A stretch of 64,000 nucleotides of DNA, from assembly GCA_051362555.1 (NCBI GenBank), contig CM120644.1, forward strand, positions 9,432,954 through 9,496,953, written 5' to 3'. The stretch comes from Lingula anatina. Lineage: Eukaryota > Animalia > Brachiopoda. The translations under genes and the position numbers were made by a program. Below are positions 42,501-54,439 of the stretch, piece by piece. A model generated the notes under the pieces. It did not search any database, was not told the origin of the DNA, and worked only from the letters and a program-made list of their open reading frames with translations. Position 1 is the first letter of the stretch; each line of letters starts with the position of its first letter.

Positions 42501-43448
42501 AGGAGGAAAACCTCAGAACTGGAAATTCATTCATTTGTTGGGACAGAGTAGCACAATTCAAGATGGCGACTGTCATGTCTGATACTCCTGTCACGTAGCA
42601 ACTTCAAACGAGCCGCACGTTCAAAAGTAGAAAACGATAGTTACATAAGGGCAAAAAAGGAGGAGTTGAATGATTTATCAAATTTCATGATAGTCTACCA
42701 TTTGTATGTATAGTAACACTTATTACCATTATAATGTGATATTGCATCGTATTTTATATCATTCTGTTATACATAAGACCCATTAACTGTAACATTGTTG
42801 GTTATATCATTAAATTGAATATATTCGAAAAGATTGTTGTTTCACTTTATTTTTCAAGGTGCCAACATTGATACGTAATAAAAGCGCAAAATAAAAGAAA
42901 ATGAAGATGAAAGAAAACGTATTACCAATAATTATACTTTAAATTAATTCGTAAAGAGTCTTTCTAATTTTATACTTTTGGGCGTATTTGCTTCACAGTG
43001 CGATTTTATATATAGCGACGGAAGAGAGAGTTCATGGCTACTGTTTGCTATATAAACGAGGGAATATCGAAAAAAATTTAGCTTCAAACAGAAAGTTTAT
43101 TTATTTGGTTTTTTATTTATTCATTTAGTTGTTTGTTAATTTATAAAAAAAGCAGTTCAGAATTAATTTGAAAGGAAAAAGCTCGTAGTTCATCATTTAT
43201 TTATTTATATTTGCCGTTTGTCGACGCATAGCAACAGTGCCGCGATGCACATATTACTAAACATTTGCATCCCGACAGTTATAACACACAAACACAGAGA
43301 GAGAGAGAGAAACACACACACACAAGCGCGAGCATTATGTTAGTAACTGTGTTTATTTGTATTGAAACTGTTTCAATCTCATCATCACAGAATCAAACAC
43401 AGAAACAAAATTGCACAACAGAAAAAGTAGTGTAGTTTTTAGAGCCAG

Positions 43449-44524
43449 TCAGCGGCCTCCTTCTTCGCGTTTGTTGACAGCGAAGGACTTGGCGCTCTCC
43501 TGCGAGTCGAGAACATCGTCTAGGGAACGCCGTTCTGGAAAATAAGATTTGGTTTTTAATTTATTCATTTTATTTTATTTAAAAATCGAAACCCCAAATA
43601 AGGGATAGTGTGCTTATTTTCTCAACAACATTGTATTTTATCTTATCTATCCTTTGACTTGTCGTTATTATTTTATTTCTTTTTACCCTTATTATCTGTA
43701 TTATTATTACAATTTTTATGTCGTATTCTTACAGAAATTTCAAATGTAAATTGCTACAAAAGTAGATCGAGAAAGGGTAAGAGAGAGGGTGAGGTGGAAT
43801 TAAAGAATTCGAAGCAACTCAAAAGTTTCCCTATCCGTCTAGAATGTAGAAGAAACCGCTCATTTCTGCACTGCCAAATTTAAATGAAGCAGTCGGATGA
43901 ATTCTCAAATTCTCCTGAAGCTGCTGTAATATTCATAGGTATTTGTTAGACATAAAACGATTGTGTCACGGCACCGCTGACGCATTTGACCATGACATAC
44001 CTGAGGCATGGGGAAATATATCCGTTAGTAGACTGCTAGCTTACCTTTAGAAGACACGTGCAGCCCACCAGGATATGTCTCATGGAGCTTGAAGTCGGAT
44101 TCGCGCAGATCGGCCTCAGAGGGAGTACCTACAAAGCAGATTGTTAGATAATATTATATCGTATTACAGGGTGGTTTTCGTGAAATTTCGATGACTCGCT
44201 TAGGTCTTTGGTAAATCAAGTAGTTGTGCATATATTCAATAACTTTTCGAAATAGGGGGTGGGACGGTTTTTCTAAAACTGTTGCGATGCAAAAAGACTT
44301 ACGTCTCGATATGAAACGAGATTTAGGCTTCATTTTACATCTACCATGGTGCTAATAATCTTTGCTCTATTCCCAGGCACCTATTGCAAAAAAGTATATG
44401 CCGAATCCGTTTCGCTAGCGTCCACTAAAAGACGAACGGCCAGACTTCTGTTGGCCATGATATACTCACAATAAATGGCAATCACCAGGAACAAACAAGC
44501 TGCGACGAAGATACCCTTCTCCAT
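43449..44524 (-). CDS. Small secreted prepropeptide gene A (74 aa, 3 exons)
   Basis: Exons 44524-44470 (T|gtgagt), 44128-44045 (G|gtaagc) and 43534-43449 give MEKGIFVAACLFLVIAIYCTPSEA-DLRESDFKLHETYPGGLHVSSKE-RR-SLDDVLDSQESAKSFAVN-KR-EEGGR*. TATA box upstream, AATAAA at 43357-43352, and a paralog with the same structure. Confidence 0.9.
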
Positions 44525-44577
44525 GGTAAATGTGAGACGATCACTACCCCAAGAATGTAGATTTGCTGCACGGTCAT

Positions 44578-44587
44578 CTTTATATAG
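44578..44587 (-). promoter_or_regulatory. TATA box of peptide gene A
   Basis: CTATATAAAG on - about 55 nt upstream of the ATG, conserved in the paralog. Confidence 0.75.
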
Positions 44588-45585
44588 TGCGGTCGTCATT
44601 ATATGTCATTTTACTTTATTGGTGAAGATTGCTGCAATCAATGATGGCAATATTAATATTGCTAAATTACAAATCATTTTATGCCTTTCAGAAAACACAT
44701 CAATAGCAAATAATCCCTGGCTTTGGGAAATTGTCATCTCTTTATATTTTTTCAAAATTGTCTGCACTTTTTTTTTTTTTTTTTTTTTTTTTGTAAATTG
44801 ACTAGTACTGCGCTTCAGGGAGAATCCCCGCAGAGACAGTACGCTCCTGCTGGTACGATAACTTAATTTTGAACACTCCCAATGGGATGGGGTCTTTAGT
44901 CTACTTTCTTGGCCATTAGCCTCTTTTCAGGGGTACATGTACCTTGAAAGACTAAATTACTTTCAGCTGGACCAGGATAAATGTTGAGAACGACTTTACC
45001 ATTTATCCCGCCTTCCATGATACTACACGATAAACGAAGACTGTTCGACAGTTTTAGTGACATAAATTGTTTTTCATTAATGGTTGATTAATAAAAATCG
45101 ATGACATTTTTTGCGCTTGTTCTACAATAAGCCCATTTTATTCCTTCATTATTAATCTTTGAACGCAACAAATTGCAAGGTCCAATTTACCAGGCAAAAT
45201 AAATTAATTCCTTCATAACTCTGTTCAAATTACGCAACAGATTCAGCAATCATAGAATTTTGGTGAATCATCATAACACTGATAATTACATCAAAAACAG
45301 ACATAAAAACTGGCATAAAACATTACGAGAGATAGATAGGTAAATAAATAACATTTAAAAAGCTTCATTATCGTGATCGATGTCAATTGTGCCTGCTTTG
45401 TAGAATGAACATAATCACAATCCACTTTTTTGCCTTTAAATTGAGTGTTTTACCGAGAAAATACATCATTTTTCTCTGTACCCTTTTTATGTACAGACAC
45501 AGATGTGTCTGTACATATAGCCATCATCTGCGTCTGTCGTCGCCGTCGCCGTCGTCGCCGTCGTCGCCGTCGCCGTGCACTTTTA

Positions 45586-46380
45586 CCGATAACACGATAA
45601 GTGGAAAACCATTTTACCTTTTGACTTGAAACTTGCAGAACTGATGAATATTCATAATACGCAGGTCAAGTTCGAAAATCAGCATGATCAGGTCACTTTT
45701 AGGGAATTTATGCTGTTTTTTCACTTTTTTCAGCATATATGCAGCACCGATAACACGATAAGTGGAAAACCATTTTACCTTTTGACTTGAAACTTACAGA
45801 ACTGATGAATATTCATAATACGCAGGTCAAGTTCGAAAATCAGCATGATCGGGTCACTTTTAGGGAATTTATGCTGTTTTTTCACTTTTTTCAGCATATA
45901 TGCAGCACCGATAACACGATAAGTGGAAAACCATTTTACCTTTTGACTTGAAACTTACAGAACTGATGAATATTCATAATACGCAGGTCAAGTTCTAAAA
46001 TCAGCATGATCGGGTCACTTTTAGGGAATTTATGCTGTTTTTTCACTTTTTTCAGCATATATGCAGCACCGATAACACGATAAGTGGAAAACCATTTTAC
46101 CTTTTGACTTGAAACTTACAGAACTGATGAATATTCATAATACGCAGGTCAAGTTCGAAAATCAGCATGATCGGGTCACTTTTAGGGAATTTATGCTGTT
46201 TTTTCACTTTTTTCAATATAAATGCAACACTGATAACACAATATAAGAAAAACGGATTGGCCAATTGTCATTATACTCACAGGAGTGGTCAATCTTACTA
46301 AAACGCAGGTTGAGTTCGAAAATCAGCATAATCGGGCCATTATTTTAGAAGTTATACTGTTTTTTTTTCACATTTCCTCA
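45586..46380. repeat. 161-bp tandem array (4 near-identical units plus 1 diverged)
   Basis: Units start with CCGATAACACG at 45586, 45747, 45908 and 46069; diverged unit at 46230. Confidence 0.95.
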
Positions 46381-46772
46381 GATTCAATTATTAGGCATGT
46401 TAACAGTCTCATTATTTAACTAATAAGATGCCTAAAAGTGTTTGTTTGATATTTCCTGCATCTTTACGACATTGTTAGTTGATTATGTAAAAAACATGGT
46501 AAACTTGTTATCATGTATTGTGTAATAAAGTGTCAAAAATGGAAATAAACTCATATCATTGCAGTTTGTCAGATGCATTCATCCACTATGTTCAGAATCT
46601 CAGAATGGAGGAAGTTGGACATTTAACACTGTTCTATTGATACTTTTCCCATCTCATCAATTTTCTTAGTTGGTCATATAAAAATGGCAGTAAAATGTTT
46701 ATTTTGTTTTATGTTAAAAAAGTGTTAAAAATGGAAATAAACCCATTTCAGAACAGTGCTGTCTTGTTTACA

Positions 46773-47023
46773 TTTTGGCATTTTCAAGGTGTGACTTTGA
46801 AGTTCCATGGGCCTGAAGACCTTTGCTAGTCACATTTTCTGAATATCTGTGATAAGCTGTTAAACATTATGTAATATTGCATCAAAATTTGAAGAAACCC
46901 CTATTTTGGGCACTGCTTCCATGATGACCATTTAAGGAAAATCATGTCACTTACTGTTCTCAAACTTACAGGAAAGAAACATGGGACTAAAATACAGCTT
47001 CAGTAGGCAATGCAGTCTGTTTG

Positions 47024-47058
<35 letters not shown>

Positions 47059-47435
47059 GCAGTTAAACAGTTTTTTGTGAAAATTTAATTTTTCACATAT
47101 TGGCATTTTCAAGGTGTGACTTTAAAGTTCCATGATCTTGAAGACTTTTGCTTGTCACATTTTCTGAATGTCCATGTTACTAATATTTTATTAATAACAT
47201 TTGATTGTCATTTTGCTGTTAAACATTATGTAATGTTGCATCAAAATTTGAAGAAACCCCTATCTTGGGCACTGCTCCTATGATGACCATTTAAGGGAAA
47301 TCATGTCACTTACTGTTCTTAAACTTACAGGAAAGAAACATGGGTCTAACATACAGCTTCAATAGGCAACGCAGTCTGTTTGGTAAATTTTTCTGGCAAT
47401 TTAACAGTTTTTTGTGAAAATTTGATTTTTCACTT
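46773..47435. repeat. Two-copy direct repeat of about 330 bp inside the HINE-like element
   Basis: TTGGCATTTTCAAGGTGTGACTTT... at about 46775 and about 47100, with colinear downstream sequence. Confidence 0.85.
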
Positions 47436-47732
47436 ATTTGCGTCTTTATTTTCTGTTTTTTGTCTGTACATTTGACAGCTTTGCTGCCTTGTTCCTCTTT
47501 CACATGAAATAATTATGAAATGAAACGCCAAAAGACAATTTCAATTGAATTGAAAGAACTGAAATAGTCTTTTTACGATGAACATAAAAATAATTACAGA
47601 AGATTCCACGAAGTTCAGATACGAAGTCGAAGCGAACAGTTGCTTTGCTGGTAAGCCAACTCTGGTTAGCCATCGATCTCGACGATTGTTTGCCCTCCCT
47701 TCAGGCGAAAAGAGTCCTCCCGGGCAGCCTCA

Positions 47733-47733
<1 letters not shown>

Positions 47734-47789
<56 letters not shown>
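47734..47789. repeat. (ATT)n microsatellite
   Basis: Visible directly. Confidence 0.95.
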
Positions 47790-47791
<2 letters not shown>

Positions 47792-48399
47792 GAGCGAGTG
47801 AGACAGTAATTCGGATAACAGAACTTAGAAAAGGAAAGCATGTCAGTATGTCTTGATCCATCAGCTGGATCGTGGTCAAAAGACGATAAAATAGCACGAA
47901 TAAGACAGCTTAGAAAAAATGCAGTTGGTATCCTCAAACTTGGTAATTCCATTGAAAGCCGTCATCGAAAGCTATAATGAAACGGGATAAAATAAAAAAA
48001 GTCATATTGAAGCTATGGCTTGCGGTTTATTTCAATATGGAGGGGTGGGGGTCGCCTAAAATTGAAAATCAGTTCTGCATTGGTTCCAAGTGATAATTCT
48101 CCTCATTTCGAGGGCAAGTCCGCAAGAACAAGTGTCCGTTTGAAAAAGGACTAATATAGTAAATCACTTGAATAAACAACCTCTGAGGATGGAGGAAGGT
48201 ATTGAGGGTTCCAGAGATGCAGCAAAAATTAACGCTGAAATTTTGAAATCGTCCATCACTGGGTCATTCCGGGAGTGTGGATGCAATCGTTGGGGAGTTA
48301 AGACTTGAATCAAATGGCTGATGACGTACACATCGGGCTATACTCTTCGGGTCGCGTCTCTAGTAGAACATCGGAGATTTTTGAACATCTAAAAGTGGC

Positions 48400-48650
48400 A
48401 TCTGAATAATCTAAAGGGAATCTGGATAAATTTCAAAAAACAGATTAATTCTGTCTGAATTTGAACATGCCTTTGCTAAAGACGAGTTTGATCTTGGTCG
48501 GTCTAATTCTCTTGAATATGAGTTGATACAAGAAGTGCTTAACCTCTTAAAACGCGCACGTGTATATGTGGCGGACGCCCTCGTGTTTCGTGCAGAAAGA
48601 GAAAGCATAGTTTACAAAAAATGTTAAAAGCCAAGATCATGCAACACTGA
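48400..48650 (+). mobile_element. Decayed Ty3/Gypsy pol fragment (region just before RT)
   Basis: Translation across frameshifts and stops reads LSEFEHAFAKDEFDLGRSNSLEYE / DTRSA*PLK / MWRTPSCFVQKEKA / LQKMLKAKIMQ, resembling the Gypsy 'DVF...DLG...H.I.T...P.K...RR.P.......L.KML..G.I' motif recalled from memory. Confidence 0.55.
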
Positions 48651-48912
48651 CCAGAGTTAACATCTCTGAAGGCATTATCACCAGTGTCAGGTAAGAAAAT
48701 GTGACGGTTATCGATTAATGTGTGTTGAACAACGAAAAAAAGATACATGTATCCGTCGCCTATCCATACACATACACACACACACACACACACAAGCGGG
48801 AGCATATGTTAGTCACTGTGTTTATTTTAATTGAATTTGATTAAATAATCACAAAATCAAACACAGAAACAAAATTACACAACAGACAAAGTTGTGTAAT
48901 TCTCAGAGCCAA

Positions 48913-49885
48913 TCAGCGGCCATCTTCCTTCCGTTTGTTGACAGCGAAGGACTTGGCGCTCTCCTGGGAGTTGAGAACATCGTCAAGGGAACGCCGCTCT
49001 GGAAAATGAATTAGTTCTCAGATATAGTTATTAAATCTGATAAAATAAATAAAGCCAACTTCAGGGTTCGTTTTGTTAACTTCATTATCATGTTTCTACT
49101 TTATTTTTTTTTTAAACGGAATTTCAATTGTAGATTGGTGACGAGAGAGAGAGAGAGAGAGGAGAGATGCGTAAGAGGAAAAACTCGAAAAATCTCCTTT
49201 AATCTAGAAGGAGACGCTTATTTCTACATTGCCTTATTAAAATGAAGTAGAAGGATGTACTTCTTGGTGCTCCAACCTTCAATAAATGAAACGTTTTATT
49301 CGTACAAGGACCAAGAGATCAACTGTAATTTCCCGTGGTATTATTGGTAAAGCACTTTGCAGCAGACATAAATAGTATGTGTTGCAGAACCGTTAACATA
49401 CTCGACCATAAGGTTCACTTAGCATACTGGCAGTTTTTACCTTTAGAAGCCGCGTCCAAGGCACGGACCTTGAATGGGAGTTCGTCACCCATCTTAGTCA
49501 TCCTAGCCTCAGAGAGAGAGCCTGAAATTTCCATGACAATGAAAACAGTATCGTTTTCGTATTACTGAGAATTTTTCGTATAATTTCGCTCCGTGTGTTC
49601 GATTTTCGACACTGTCCAAAATTTTAGACTTGTACTAATTATCACAGACATTTTCCTTAAACTGTGACGGCCATGATCAAAGTAGGCAATGACAGACGTT
49701 AGAAACGCTTAGGCCATTTTTCATATCGAGGAGTACAGCTTACTGCATTGCACAAGTTTGGGTCTTACATGCAGTCTAGTAAATACGAACAGTCAAACTG
49801 TTAAGTTTCATGCTATATAAGTATACTCACAGTACGTGGCAATCACCAGGAACAAGCACGCTGCGACGAAAATTCTTTTCTCCAT
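48913..49885 (-). CDS. Small secreted prepropeptide gene B (73 aa, 3 exons), tandem paralog of A
   Basis: Exons 49885-49831, 49521-49441 and 48998-48913 give MEKRIFVAACLFLVIATYCSLSEA-RMTKMGDELPFKVRALDAASKE-RR-SLDDVLNSQESAKSFAVN-KR-KEDGR*. TATA box upstream and AATAAA at 48826-48821. Confidence 0.9.
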
Positions 49886-49938
49886 GGTAAATGTGAGACG
49901 ATCACTACACCAAGAATGTAGACTTGCTGCACAATACT

Positions 49939-49948
49939 CTTTATATAG
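49939..49948 (-). promoter_or_regulatory. TATA box of peptide gene B
   Basis: CTATATAAAG on - at the same spacing from the ATG as in gene A. Confidence 0.75.
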
Positions 49949-52900
49949 TGTGGTCGTCATTATGTGTCATTTGACTTGATTGACGAAGACTGTTGCAATC
50001 ACTGAAGCCAGTATTGCCAAATTACAATTCATTTGATTTTTTCCATAAACAAAAAAGACGTCAATCGCAGATTATGTCTCGATTTGGGAAAATATTATCT
50101 GTGGCCCTGGTCGAGGGTACCCTGGAATAGCCAACAAGCTGTACCCTGCGTTCCACTTGTCTAAAAAGGCAAATCTGAGGACGTGTTTCATTTTCATTTA
50201 TTTATTTATTTATTTATTTATTTATTTTACAGCGCCCCTTGCTGCAGGAACACATAGTCTACAGTCTACTACGTGGGTATCTAGGAAAACAAGATTACCT
50301 TCAGCTGGAACTACCCTAGGTTCTAGATTTTGGTATTGCCAGCTCGATCTTGTTTTCATGTATAACCCTCATCAGCACTGTAAAGCTAACACATGAAAAG
50401 GTATAGTGACAAAGCTACTGTAAGTTTATAGTGCCTAAATACTCAGGGTAGCTGGAACGAAACCCTGGGTAAAAGTTCAGGACAACTTTATTAATTTATT
50501 CCACCTTGCATGATACTGCACGATAACTGCACAATTGGACGATGTTTTCATTAATATAATATTTTTGTAATGAGTGGCTGATTAAGAAAATGGTTATGGT
50601 ATTTTTTTCGTGCTTTTTCTGCAATTTGTAATCTATTTTATTCCTTCATTATTGATCTTTGAACGCAGCAAATTGCAAAGTACAATTTCCCAGTGAATAA
50701 TAAATCCGTTCCTTCGTTTATATTTTCAAATTACGCAACAAAAATGAATAATCATACAATAAATATAATTTGGGTGAATCATAATAGCACTGTTCATTAC
50801 ATCAATAGCAGACATCGTCAATTATATAAAAACATTACGAGAGATAGATAGGTAAGTAAATAATAGTTTTTAAAAGCTTAATTATCATGAATGATGTCAA
50901 TTGTACGTGCTTTGTAGAAATGTACATGTTCACTGTCCACCGTGAAATTGCGTCTTTCACCATTTTTCTTCGTACCCTTCTACACCTTCAAATGAATTGA
51001 TCATGGAATTATTAGTTAAAAGTAGAATACAATCGTCTGTCCAGGATGAACAAAAAAAAAAAAAAAATAAATAAATAAATAAATAAATTAATTAATTAAT
51101 AATTGCACGAGGTTCAGATACTAAGTCAAAGCGATGTGTCGCGCTGCTGGTGTACCAACCATTTCAACGTGTGTGTTGGGACGACTTCGATTTCTGCTGC
51201 TTGGTTATTTTGCTTCGGCCTTTCGATGTACAGTTAATGTTGCTCCAATTATACATAATATATGTTGGATAATCTGCTTGACATTCGTAGCGAGCAAAGG
51301 GCAATATTTTATAACAAAAAAATGTATCTTTAAATCATTCTGGTTTCAACATTACAACAAATTAATATTTCCAGTATAGGGATTAATTTTATAATGCTGT
51401 ATTAATTTAATTAAAAAAAAGATCACTCAAGGCAAAGCACATGTAGTTAACCCTGACGGTGCACAAGTCGGGGGCGATTTTTGGAAGCTGAAATCTTATC
51501 TTAAATAATGTTAACCTTAACGATAACATTGCTTGTAAGACCGGACTATAATACAGTCAGTAAAGGTAGCTTGTCGTTGAAGTTAAACCTGACCGACCCC
51601 AATAAAGATTCCTTCAAGCAAACATGCTCGCAGACAGTGGCATAGGTTAACTTTACCTGTGCCATATTGAATTTGATTTGAATATTGCTGATTTATTTAC
51701 TGAAAACAGGCGTAGGCCCTAATATAACACATATGCCAATACCTACAGACTACAGTTATTTCTGATATCCTGTTCTCTTCAGTTGTTGCTTACATTCCCT
51801 CTTCCATCACTAATTTCTTACTGTAATCCTTTTAAATTGAATTTAAGAAAACAGACTGAAACAAAGTCGCTGCACGGTTCGCTTGCCAGGTAGCAAATGT
51901 GCGTATGACAGAGACATGGTTCATATAAAGTGACGTCAACCCCACTTCCTGCCGAACCTGCGTGTACAATGTTGTCAATTTCAAATCCCTAAAGCAAGTT
52001 GTCCCTGGAAAAATTTTAGTCTCTCTTCCTACATGTAGGTCTTGACCTTGTTTTGCACTAAGGTCACTCAAACATTGAAATGAATACTGTATTGTCATCT
52101 ACTATCATACCGTGATATGCAAAACAACTGAAAAATCTCACTACTGCGTCTATCAAGAAATTATGCGGAAAGAGTGCCAGCAACACAATTTGACTGCATT
52201 TATTACCATTACGCTGTCATCTCCCTTGGAATTTTTCTGAAAATCCATTGTAGTCAAGAAATACATTTTTAATTGAGATGATCTTACGAAGTAAAAAAAA
52301 TTGTAAATTTTATTTGTGTAATTTGTGATCCACGGGAAATGGTTGATAAATCTAATTACAGAGGGTAAGCTTCATAACAAGCACAAGGTACAGGTAAAAA
52401 CACCTCGTCGGCTTAATAACCTATCATCCCCAGAAATGAACTGCATGACGTCACGCTTACCCCACTGCGCATGCGTGTATTTTTAATGAGTTGCTAGATT
52501 GCCATAGGAGAATAAATGGGTTCGTGATTCGTGGGTAATTCGTGATAATTGACAAACTAACGGCCTGATGCCGATAGACAGCAACGATGTGCCATGCTTC
52601 AAGCAACTCCTGACCAAATATCGCTAGGGTTTTTAAAAAAATTCTGTTGTACACACGCACTAAGAAGTTTGCCGTATATTGCCTAGACTACCCTCAGCAA
52701 AACGCAAATATTTTCAGTAATAGTGATTTTAGACGGTAGATTCACTCAGAAACAAAGGGAAATTAATTCGTTGCCGATAGCACCAGCTGATAGCAGTAAC
52801 ATACAGAGTCTGATTAAAAAAATTCATGGCAATTGAAGATGTTTTACCACTGTACAATGGAGTCCAAAAAGAGCACTTGGCACAAATGTAAAACTGCCCA

Positions 52901-53699
52901 GTGCAAGGCCAAGAATTCAATCAGTATTTTCAATCATATTATCAGATTCTACATAAATTGACTGACCATATTACTACTCAGTATTTAACTAATCTCTTAA
53001 TCCAAAATTCCTATCATCATTTAATAATTATGCAAAATTCTTCTTTCAGATTGCTATTTATTTAAATTTTTAATGCTGCAACTGTTCCAAAATAATCTTG
53101 TAGTAAAGGAAAAATGCAAATAAGAAGTGGAAGACCAATTTTACCCACATTATTCAATTATTTGAATATAAAAAGAATAAGATCACGATTTAACAAATTA
53201 AAATAATCTTTCATGAACTCTTTCATGAATAACATATTAAACAAAATTAAAGTTATATATTAGTGTTAATGGCTTATTCTGGAATATATGACCTCTGTAC
53301 ATCAGTACCTGACTTGGTACATTATAGTTACTACTTGGATACAGAGTTAGATTTAATAATGTAACAATAAGAACAATATATATTATAATAATAAACTTCT
53401 CTGCACATATCAGACGCTTGTTACCATTAACTAACACTACTTGACAATGGGCTGAGCACTTATCACAGAGCCTGTGTGCGATGCCATTCTTGCGCTGTGA
53501 TTGGTTAGTTGAGTCACGTGAAGCCCTACTTTTGCGCCCTCGCGTATCGCGTAAATGCTGCACATTTCTGGCCATGCATTTGGCCCTAGGAATCCGATAT
53601 TAAAACATCACTTTATAAATCGGTTTAGAAAAACTGAACAGGCCATAAATGAGCTGATGACTCAAAAATGCATTGTGTTGCAACAAAGGGAAAATAAAC

Positions 53700-53753
<54 letters not shown>
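53700..53753. repeat. (TAA)n microsatellite
   Basis: Visible directly. Confidence 0.95.
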
Positions 53754-53755
<2 letters not shown>

Positions 53756-54439
53756 GTTAACCTTAAAAGATATTGATGGTCAACCCGTGTCAAGAAAATT
53801 CACAAAATAAGATATATATGAATTATTTTTATATGGTAGATTTTCGACAGAGATAGTGTTCATATGGTATAGAGTGGTGCTGCTTGACAACATATTACAC
53901 AAGAAAACGAGCGAGAATCCGCGTGATGTTGAGCTAACCTTTTAGCAATAAAGGTGAAGTTCAATTCGCCGTGAATGTTGTTTTGAAATACAAATACACA
54001 TATATGTGACACACAAAACTTGGCGAATGTTGCGCATAAGAGCAAACGTCTACAGAACTCAAAAGAATGTAATCGGAAAATCATCCGTGGATAAATTCCG
54101 TCGGTTTTTATTTTTTGGCGCACAACGTTAGCTTGCCTACCAATATATGTATTTCTGACAGCTCGATTGTACCCTTCGGCTACTTCAAATGATAAAGATT
54201 AAATCCGACGGGATTTTCATCTCCGGGGTCAGGCGAATAAAATGAAGTTCGCCAAATAGCGACAGTTGCTCACAGGTCAACGGATAGCCACGCCGCGGAG
54301 GCCTATGTTACTTGGGCAGGTGCAAACTGCGCGGTTGTCATTTAATTCGATCGCTTGCATCTTTCTTAAGAAATGTCTTTATTTCGAAGTATGCTTTGTA
54401 TTTATAACGCAGCTCTGGTAATCATTATGAACCCATCCC

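Larger units (their letters stand above)
45485..47493 (+). mobile_element. HINE-like element upstream of peptide gene A
   Basis: 5' hairpin TGTACAGACAC-agat-GTGTCTGTACA, (GTC/GCC)n microsatellite, 161-bp tandem array, 3' inverted subTIR TGTCTGTACA (47461), CAGC-ttt-GCTG hairpin and T-rich ends; absent from the paralogous region upstream of gene B. Confidence 0.8.

Noticed and set aside
45586-46380. Regular repeat array as a possible CRISPR
   Set aside because: The units are contiguous 161-bp tandem copies with no unique spacers, the context is eukaryotic, and there are no cas genes.
47578-47952. Poly-Ile and poly-Asn ORFs
   Set aside because: They derive from the (ATT)n microsatellite.
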